Shown: positions 1 through 7,039 of the stretch, piece by piece | Layout of the letters: each line of letters begins with the position of its first letter | Numbering within the stretch: position 1 is the first letter of the stretch | NCBI GenBank assembly: GCA_963639885.1 | Contig: CAVHXL010000001.1 | Coordinates: forward strand, 1 to 37,375 | Reading direction: 5' to 3' | DNA from: a bacterium | GTDB lineage: Bacteria > Actinomycetota > Coriobacteriia > Coriobacteriales > Eggerthellaceae | DNA length: 37,375 nt | Position numbers and translations under genes: made by a program | Notes under the pieces: model-generated | Database searches by the model: none | What the model was told of the DNA's origin: nothing | Seen by the model: the letters and a program-made list of their open reading frames with translations, nothing else

Positions 1-172
1 CGTTACCGTCGTCGGCAAGGGCGCACGCGGGCGCAAGCGCGCCGAGGGCAAGGGCGGCTGCGAGCGCGAGCGCGGCACCGATGACGACCATGGCGAACGA
101 CCCGCTCGCCGGCCGAGGCGCACTCGCGGGCCGGGGCGAACCCGCCGCCCGAGACCCGCCCGCAAGGCGCAC
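1..172 (-). CDS. Secreted/surface protein, N-terminal part only (runs off the left edge)
   Basis: Not in the ORF track. GTG at 172, 13 nt after the ATPase stop and preceded by GGGGGAAG. Translation MRLAGGSR...FAMVVIGAALALAAALALGALAPACALA-DDGN looks like a Sec signal peptide with an A-x-A cleavage site. The exact start is uncertain. Confidence 0.6.
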   Translation of the reverse strand, partial: MRLAGGSRAAGSPRPASAPRPASGSFAMVVIGAALALAAALALGALAPACALADDGN

Positions 173-185
173 CTTCCCCCAAACG

Positions 186-917
186 TTACGAGAAGATGCC
201 ATCGATATCCTCCTCGACATCTCCGCCCTCCGACAGGAATATCTCCTCGAGCGAGGCACCCGGATATTGCTCGTGAACCGCCTTCACCGACCCGTCGAAC
301 ACCAGCTTGCAGCCCTTGATCATGCCCAAATGGTCGGCAGCGTCCTCAAGCTCGCGCAGATTGTGCGAGCTGAGCACCACGGCGGCATCGCGCTCGCGGG
401 CGTACTGCCGCAACAAGCGCTTGAGCAGATTTCGTTTTCCCAAGTCAAGCCCATCGAAGCTTTCGTCCAGCAACATGGTGCGCGCGCCCGTGGCAAACCC
501 GAGCAGAATGCCGAGCTGCCGCTGCATGCCCTTCGAGAAGCCCGTCACCTTCGCCTGCGGGTCAAGCCCGAACAGCGCCAGCATGCGTTCGTACACATCG
601 TCTGACCAGCTCGGATAATAGCCACGGTAAAACGAGCGCATGGTCTCGGGCGTGGCCTGCGCAAGGAAATACGGCTCGTCGGCGACGATGAAAAGAGAAT
701 CGTGGCTCGCACGGTCGTCGTGCATCGAGCGCCCGTCGATGCGCACGTTGCCCGCATCGGGTTTGTACACCCCTGCGATGATTTTCAGCAGCGTCGTTTT
801 CCCGGCGCCGTTGTAGCCGACCAAGCCGTACACCTGACCGTTTTCGACCGTGAGCGTTATATCGTCAAGCGCCGTGTAGGAGCCGAACCGCTTGGTTATG
901 CCGACAACCTCTATCAT
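186..917 (-). CDS. ABC transporter ATP-binding protein, YtrB-like (exporter type)
   Basis: Walker A GYNGAGKT, signature FSKGMQRQ, Walker B LLDESFDGLD, H-loop LSSH; RBS AAGGGG. Confidence 0.93.
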   Translation of the reverse strand: MIEVVGITKRFGSYTALDDITLTVENGQVYGLVGYNGAGKTTLLKIIAGVYKPDAGNVRIDGRSMHDDRASHDSLFIVADEPYFLAQATPETMRSFYRGYYPSWSDDVYERMLALFGLDPQAKVTGFSKGMQRQLGILLGFATGARTMLLDESFDGLDLGKRNLLKRLLRQYARERDAAVVLSSHNLRELEDAADHLGMIKGCKLVFDGSVKAVHEQYPGASLEEIFLSEGGDVEEDIDGIFS

Positions 918-930
918 GCTCGCCCCTTTC

Positions 931-3900
931 CTACAGATACGATGGCGCCAAATCGGCGGGTAGGTAGAAATACACGTAGGATTCCAGCCCGCGCAGCTTC
1001 GCCTGCACCAGGTATCCGCCGGTCATATAGCAGCCGGTCCGCAAGTTCGGCAGCACCTCGGAGATGCGCGCCTGGTCGTCGACGACCTTGAGCGCGCCGT
1101 AATCCTGCGTGATCCAGAACTGCCCGGCCGTCTCGCTGCGATACGCCATGAAATAGCGGCTCACCGGCTGGGTCACCTTGTTGATGGATGCGTACGGGTC
1201 GTCAAGCTGGAACGTCAGCTGCTCGATAACGCGCGCGTCGAGCTGCTCACCAAGCTGCGCCATGACGCCGTGCTCCTCAAGCCAAGCATAGGTTCGCGTC
1301 CAGTCCTCGGTCACATATGACACGGCGTTGCTGAACGAATACCCGAACGAGCTCACGTCAAGCTCCGGCGAAAGGGTGAACATGAGGCAGGCCTTCGTCT
1401 GCTTGCTGGGGGCATAGCGCTCGGATGCGGGAAGATCGGCCAGATCAGCCGCCAGCGCGCTCAACAGCTCAGCGCGTTCCTCGTCGGTGCAGCTCACCTT
1501 GATGATGCGGTTGAGCGCGCCGTCGGCGGCGTACAGATAGCCCGTTCGATACGCATTGTAGGAAGGCGACTTCGAAAGCGCGGAAAGCTCGTCGGCCGAA
1601 AGACCCGTCGCCGACCCGGTGATCACGGCGCTTTCCAGTTCATGGGAATGCTCGTCGTTGTCGAGGGAGAGCAACGCCGACAGCTCGCCGATGCTCGCCT
1701 GCGAATAGTAGCGAACGACCTCGCTGCCATCGCTCAGATGGTAGCGCAGCACGACGTCGTAGGGCACGACGCTCGCATCGAAGTCCTCATAGACGGTCTG
1801 GCGGCTATCGCGCGCCGTTCCCACCAGCTGAGCGTGCAGCGAGCGCACGATATCGATGGACGACTCCGCCGAATACGTCCGGTACGAGGTGTAGTAATAG
1901 GAGGCGCCGCCAGAGGTGCCCGAGAAGCCCTGCGTCAGATAGCTAGGCGAGCCATTGTAGGAAACCTCAACGCTTTCCACCTGATCAGAGGCGGGAATGT
2001 AGCCCGCGAACCCGAAGGCGCCGGTTGCCACGACGGCGACGGTCGCGGCCATCACGGCCAGCTCGCCCCCGACGCAGCCGAACGTGACCGAGCGGGGCGT
2101 GCGTCCGCGCAGAGGACCGAACAGCATCGCAAGCGACACGAGCACGAACAGCGCGGCCGCCACCACGATGGCCACCACGATGTCGACCTCGCCGAGCAGC
2201 TTGACCGCGGCGGCGAAGGCCGCGAACCCGAACAGCGCGACGCACACGAACGCCATCAGGGGGGACTTGCCCGCCATCTCGGCCTGCTCGCCCCGACGGG
2301 CGCACAGAAGCGCCGCCGATATGCCCGCAAGCACCAGGAACACCGCGAACCAGCCGACCACAAGGCGCCAGTCGCCCAACTCGGGATAGTACACCGGATG
2401 CAGCGCCTTGAAGAACTGGTGGTTCGCACCGGCGTCGACGAAGAACAGCAGCGGGTTCGCCCAGGAAAGCGCGTCCAGAAGAGATGGCGCCACCTGCGTC
2501 GACTGCCCATAGAGTTGCGCACCCGCCGCATTGCCGACCAGCAAGAACTCGGCGAGCACCCCGAAGCCCCACAGCACGACGGTCACGCCCGCCAGCAACG
2601 CCGCCGCGAACGAGCACGTCTCGAACAGCGTTCCGGCGCACATGACGGCGATGGAGGACAGCGCGAACGCAACCAGGGCGACGACGATGTAACCGCAGGT
2701 CGTGAAGAAGAACTCGTGCACGAAGCCCTCGTATACGCCGAGCGCGGCCGCGTTGAGCCCCAACGAGATCGCGAAGGGGATGCCGATGGCGACGAGGATG
2801 CAGACGATGGCGGCGGCGGCACGGGAGAGGTAAAGCTTCATGCGCGAGAGGCCGACGGAGAAAAATGCCGTGGTCGCGCGCTTGACCAGCAGGAAGCGAA
2901 ACTCCACGACGGCGAGCACCGCGCCGAGCGCCACCGCGGCCCCGTTGACAACCGGCGCGAGGCTTTGCGCGAACAGCTGGTATTTCAGCTGCTCATGCGT
3001 GTAGTTCACATTGAATACCGACACATCGGGGACGGCGCAGGTTGAAACGGGCACCAGCACGCAGAACAGCACGAAGCCCGCCACGAGCACCGGGGAGGCC
3101 CCGCGCATCGAGAACAGGAAGTCGTGCAGGAACGGCGACGCGATCCGGCGGCGGCGTTTCGCGCCGGCATGTCGCTTCTCATACTTTTCGGACGAAAGCT
3201 TCGCTTTCCAGGTCAAGGGGAACTCCTCCTTCAGCTGGGTTGCACGCGCGGCCCAACGCGCCCGCGCAGCGCGCCGGCGACGCGCCAGGCGGACGAGCGA
3301 GCGGACGGCGAGGGCGACCCCTGCGGCCAATGCCGCAACGATCAGCAGCGCCAGAACGATAAGGGCGAGGTCAAGCGCCCCGAACGGCAGCACGTTCACC
3401 GCGAACGAATAGGTTGCCGTACGGTAATGCACCAGCTCGGCCGTGATGGTCACGGTGGTTTGCCCGGCGGCAAGCGGCACGATCCACGTTCGGCCGAAAG
3501 CCGAGACGACCTGCGCGACGTTCGGGTCGGCGACCGATATGGTGACGGTCGGGGACACGTCGCGGAAGCCGCCGCAGGCGCAATGACCCCACGCGTCGGG
3601 CTTTCCGCAGGTGCAGGGGTCGTATCCGCACACCTCGTCCATGTGGCATTCGATGCCGGTGCTGATGGATGAGGGCGTCGTGTTCACGGCCAGCAGGTTG
3701 GGGAAGACGGCGCCGATATCCTCGGTAGGCATATCGTCCGCGGAAGTCGCCGCGTAACTGGCGCCGGAAAGCTTGAGCAGGCGCGGCATCAGCCCGAGCT
3801 GCTCGGCGTCGGCGTCGTCATCGGCGGTTGCGGCAGACGATGCGGATCCGGAGCCCATCGAGTCCGAGGAGCCCATCGTGCCCATGTCGGCCCAAGCCGT

Positions 3901-3984
3901 CGTCGTCGCGAAAGCGAGGGCGACGGCGAGCAGCAGCAGGCGAGCGGCGCGCGCTATGCGAGAGAGGCCCTGCATGCTAGGCAT
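931..3984 (-). CDS. ABC permease (YtrC/YtrD-like, multi-TM with a large C-terminal extracytoplasmic domain) fused to an N-terminal Cys-rich Ig-like ectodomain
   Basis: Start moved from 4245 to ATG 3984 (or 3975), at the upstream stop. Signal peptide ends ATTTAWA, followed by a Cys6 Ig-like domain, a TM helix, a basic linker and about 10-12 hydrophobic segments including FFSVGLSRMKLYLSR. Adjacent to the ATPase. Confidence 0.8.
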   Translation of the reverse strand: MPSMQGLSRIARAARLLLLAVALAFATTTAWADMGTMGSSDSMGSGSASSAATADDDADAEQLGLMPRLLKLSGASYAATSADDMPTEDIGAVFPNLLAVNTTPSSISTGIECHMDEVCGYDPCTCGKPDAWGHCACGGFRDVSPTVTISVADPNVAQVVSAFGRTWIVPLAAGQTTVTITAELVHYRTATYSFAVNVLPFGALDLALIVLALLIVAALAAGVALAVRSLVRLARRRRAARARWAARATQLKEEFPLTWKAKLSSEKYEKRHAGAKRRRRIASPFLHDFLFSMRGASPVLVAGFVLFCVLVPVSTCAVPDVSVFNVNYTHEQLKYQLFAQSLAPVVNGAAVALGAVLAVVEFRFLLVKRATTAFFSVGLSRMKLYLSRAAAAIVCILVAIGIPFAISLGLNAAALGVYEGFVHEFFFTTCGYIVVALVAFALSSIAVMCAGTLFETCSFAAALLAGVTVVLWGFGVLAEFLLVGNAAGAQLYGQSTQVAPSLLDALSWANPLLFFVDAGANHQFFKALHPVYYPELGDWRLVVGWFAVFLVLAGISAALLCARRGEQAEMAGKSPLMAFVCVALFGFAAFAAAVKLLGEVDIVVAIVVAAALFVLVSLAMLFGPLRGRTPRSVTFGCVGGELAVMAATVAVVATGAFGFAGYIPASDQVESVEVSYNGSPSYLTQGFSGTSGGASYYYTSYRTYSAESSIDIVRSLHAQLVGTARDSRQTVYEDFDASVVPYDVVLRYHLSDGSEVVRYYSQASIGELSALLSLDNDEHSHELESAVITGSATGLSADELSALSKSPSYNAYRTGYLYAADGALNRIIKVSCTDEERAELLSALAADLADLPASERYAPSKQTKACLMFTLSPELDVSSFGYSFSNAVSYVTEDWTRTYAWLEEHGVMAQLGEQLDARVIEQLTFQLDDPYASINKVTQPVSRYFMAYRSETAGQFWITQDYGALKVVDDQARISEVLPNLRTGCYMTGGYLVQAKLRGLESYVYFYLPADLAPSYL

Positions 3985-5545
3985 CGGGCTTCCCGTCGGT
4001 GCCGTGGCTCTCGTCGCCCGCGGGATCCTCTGCGGGCTCGTCGGCGGACTCGGCCTCAACCGCAGGCTTGGTTGCGGGTCCGACCGCGGGCTCGGTTGCA
4101 GGCTCGGTTGCGGGTCCGACCGCGGGCTTGGTTGCGGGTCCGACCGCGGGCTCGGACTCCATCTTCTCCGGACCGTTCGCGCTCGCGCTTGCGTCCTGTC
4201 CTGCCGCGGCCTCGGCAGGGCGCCTCTTGCGCACGACCAGGGCAACCACCCCGGCCAGCATGACGACGAGCACGCCGACGCCTGCGGGAACCACCCAGCC
4301 GGGAAGCGTCTCGGAAGACAGCGACTGCTTGTCGTCCCTGATGGCTCCCGGCGTGTTCACTTCCTCAACCTGATACGCCGTCAAATCATCGCTCGACAGC
4401 GCCCAGGTCGAGCAATGGTCGATCTTGAAGGTCGCGTATCCGCCCGAAACCTTCACCTTGTCGGTCTGCGCGAGCTCGAATCGGCCGCTATCGGCGTTGT
4501 AGACGTACAGCCCCAGCTCGGTGCCGTCGGCGTAGGCCCCCGACGCCTTCACGTACAGCGATGCCGCGGCCGGCAGCACGCCCGTATGGGCGAACTCCAT
4601 GACCAGCGCGTCACGCGCCTGCTTGGCGATGTTCGACACGTTTCCCGTGCCCAGCTTCGACACCGTGATGGTGGGATCGAACGAAAGGTTCTGCGACAGG
4701 TCGGTGATGTCTGTGCCGACGAACGTCCAGGAGTACTCAGGCTTGTCCGAGGATGACCCTGCCCAGAATACCGCCTGATCAGACGTTCCTTTGATCTTGT
4801 TCAACTGCGCGGCGGTATCCAGATAGGCGTTATTCTGCGTCAGGTAGACCTTGCCCGCCACGGTCTCGATCACCGTCTCGTTGAGCGCATCGTCGCGCGC
4901 ATCGGTCACTGTCGCGGCCTCGGGGATGGACGCCTCATCGGCAGCCGGGGCGGCGCTCGTTCCCCCGTCAGCCACGCTCGAACCCGTTCCCGATCCGCCC
5001 GCGGCGCCATCCTGCGACTGAGCCGGGGCGCTCACCTCCACCACGACGCTCGTTGAATTCGATTCCCATTGGCGAAGCGACGCGTTCACCGTGATGGTAG
5101 CCGTTCCCGCCGCGTGCCCGGTCACGACGAGGGTGCCACCCGAGACGGTCGCGGTGGCCACGCCGGAGTTCGACGACTGAGCCGAAACCTCGGGATAATA
5201 GGTTGAATAGCTGCTGCCGGCGCACGTGCACTGGCCATTCGTGTCGAAGCAATGGTAACCGGCGGCAACCGCGCCCTCGTCCTCGCAGACTTGCGGGCAC
5301 TTCGCCATGCCGCACCCGAGCGTTTGGCTATCCGAGGAAGGATCGACCGAGACGCTCGTCGAGGTGGAGCTGCCGGCTGCAAGCGATAAATACGAGCTGC
5401 CAACCGACACATCGACGGTGCCGAAGCTGTAGTACGCCGCCGCCTTGGTGATGGGAAAAAGCGCGACGACCAGCGCGAGGGCAAGCCCGCACGCGATGAT
5501 GGCCGCAGGCGCGGGCATGGTTTCGATCCGCTTGAAAAACGTCAT
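3977..5545 (-). CDS. Membrane-anchored surface protein with Cys-rich Ig-like domain (paralog of 5558..6982)
   Basis: Signal peptide; motif GCGMAKCPQVC..C..CTC; Ig-like SSNSGVATATV..GTATITV; C-terminal TM followed by RKRR; acidic Pro-rich tail; RBS GAGAGG. Confidence 0.85.
   Translation of the reverse strand: MTFFKRIETMPAPAAIIACGLALALVVALFPITKAAAYYSFGTVDVSVGSSYLSLAAGSSTSTSVSVDPSSDSQTLGCGMAKCPQVCEDEGAVAAGYHCFDTNGQCTCAGSSYSTYYPEVSAQSSNSGVATATVSGGTLVVTGHAAGTATITVNASLRQWESNSTSVVVEVSAPAQSQDGAAGGSGTGSSVADGGTSAAPAADEASIPEAATVTDARDDALNETVIETVAGKVYLTQNNAYLDTAAQLNKIKGTSDQAVFWAGSSSDKPEYSWTFVGTDITDLSQNLSFDPTITVSKLGTGNVSNIAKQARDALVMEFAHTGVLPAAASLYVKASGAYADGTELGLYVYNADSGRFELAQTDKVKVSGGYATFKIDHCSTWALSSDDLTAYQVEEVNTPGAIRDDKQSLSSETLPGWVVPAGVGVLVVMLAGVVALVVRKRRPAEAAAGQDASASANGPEKMESEPAVGPATKPAVGPATEPATEPAVGPATKPAVEAESADEPAEDPAGDESHGTDGKPDA
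4070..4153. repeat. Coding tandem repeat, 24-nt unit (3 copies plus one 12-nt half unit)
   Basis: ggttgcgggtccgaccgcgggct(c/t) at 4070, 4106 and 4130, with ggttgcaggctc at 4094; encodes (E/K)PAVGPAT on the minus strand. Confidence 0.9.
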
Positions 5546-5557
5546 GGAAAAGCCTCT

Positions 5558-6982
5558 CTATTTCTCCGAATGCCCCGATTGGCTCCGCGGCGCCTCGTGC
5601 GCATCCGCGACGCCCGCCGCATCGTCGGCTTGCGCGGCTCCCTCCGCAGCGGCTCCCTCTACGCCGGCGTCCGCATCCGCCCGCCCGCGCGCTGCGCGCG
5701 GGCGACGCATAACCGCGATCGCCACGCCGGCGCCAACCGCGGCAGCAACCACCGCAACGATAGCCACCAGCGCAAACGGCGAGAGCACCTGCTGCCCGAC
5801 CGAAGCGGTGCCAGACGACGCGCCCAAAGACGCCGACGAGGACGGGTCGCAGCAGCTTCCCGCCGAAGCCGCCTGGGACGCGCCCCCGCTCACCACCGTG
5901 TTCGCCGCAGTCGTCAGGTCCTTGCACGACACGACGTAGGTCTTCCCCTCCGAAACGGTGAAGGTCGCGTAACCGCCGACCATCGAGGCGGACGCATCCT
6001 CGGCGACGAACGTCTTCGTCTGGTTGTCGTAGGAGTACAGGGAAACCTCCTGCCCATCCGAGATCGCGCCGTTCGCCAAGGCGTACACCGTCGCCGGTGC
6101 GGGCAAGGCGCCCTTCTGCTCGAAGTCGACGGCAACGAAGCAATCTTTCCCGGAAAGCGCCTGATACAGCGACCCTTCGGCCTTCGTCGAAACCGAGAGG
6201 CGGCACGACGTGAGCTCGGCAGCCGACGCGGTGATCTCGGTTCCCTTGAACGTCAGCGAGTATTCGGGGTGGTAGTACGTGTCGCCGGACCAAAACGTCA
6301 AGTCGCCATCGACGTTGGCGTAATCGGCCACGTGAGCCTGCGCGTCAAGACCGTCGGTGATGCGGACCATGCGGATCGCCCGGTTCATCACCGTTTTATC
6401 GACGACGTCGACCTTATCCTCGGCGGCGGTGGCGGCGCTGTCGGGAACATCGACGAAGGCATCCGAAGAGGCGGCGGCCCCTGCGGCGGACCCGCTCACC
6501 CTCACCGTCAGCGTCGCCTCCGCATCGGTATGCTGGCGAAGCGAGGCGCGCACCGTGATGGTGGCCTCGCCCGCCTGCTTCGCATACACGGTCAGGGAGC
6601 CGGCGCTGTACGTCGCGACCGCGACGGCCGCATTCGACGAGGTTGCCTGAGCCGTGGGGTAATAGGTCTTGTAGTCCTTGCCCGCGCATCCGCATTGCCC
6701 GTTCTCATCGGTGCAGCTGGCCGAACAGCCCTGCGGGCATTTCGGCATGCCGCACCCCTCGGTCTGCTCCTCCGATGCCGGCGTGATGGTAACGGTCGTG
6801 CTGGCGGTCTGCCCCGCCCCTATCTCCAAGCTCTCGGAGCCAAGCGAGACCTCGACGGGCCCTCGATCGAAGTATGCGAACGCCGAAGCCGGCGCCATGC
6901 CGAGCACCAGCACGCAACCCAAGGCGACCGACACCGCCACTCGGGCTGCGCTAGTGCGCCCATTCCTCCGCGACACGGACAT
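5558..6982 (-). CDS. Membrane-anchored surface protein with Cys-rich Ig-like domain (paralog of 3977..5545)
   Basis: Likely ATG 6982 with RBS GAGGGGG. Signal peptide ends ASAFA; motif GCGMPKCPQGC..C..CGC; shares TYYP, ASLRQ and GGYATF motifs with the downstream gene; C-terminal TM followed by RRPR. Confidence 0.85.
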   Translation of the reverse strand: MSVSRRNGRTSAARVAVSVALGCVLVLGMAPASAFAYFDRGPVEVSLGSESLEIGAGQTASTTVTITPASEEQTEGCGMPKCPQGCSASCTDENGQCGCAGKDYKTYYPTAQATSSNAAVAVATYSAGSLTVYAKQAGEATITVRASLRQHTDAEATLTVRVSGSAAGAAASSDAFVDVPDSAATAAEDKVDVVDKTVMNRAIRMVRITDGLDAQAHVADYANVDGDLTFWSGDTYYHPEYSLTFKGTEITASAAELTSCRLSVSTKAEGSLYQALSGKDCFVAVDFEQKGALPAPATVYALANGAISDGQEVSLYSYDNQTKTFVAEDASASMVGGYATFTVSEGKTYVVSCKDLTTAANTVVSGGASQAASAGSCCDPSSSASLGASSGTASVGQQVLSPFALVAIVAVVAAAVGAGVAIAVMRRPRAARGRADADAGVEGAAAEGAAQADDAAGVADAHEAPRSQSGHSEK

Positions 6983-7039
6983 GAAAATCCCCCTCATGAA
7001 CAACTCCCCCACGATCTCACTCATGCGCACCCAATGCGC

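Noticed and set aside
3985..4245. N-terminal extension of the permease ORF with SPRSDPQP repeats
   Set aside because: Alternate-frame reading of the upstream gene's tandem repeat; the signal peptide begins only after 3984.
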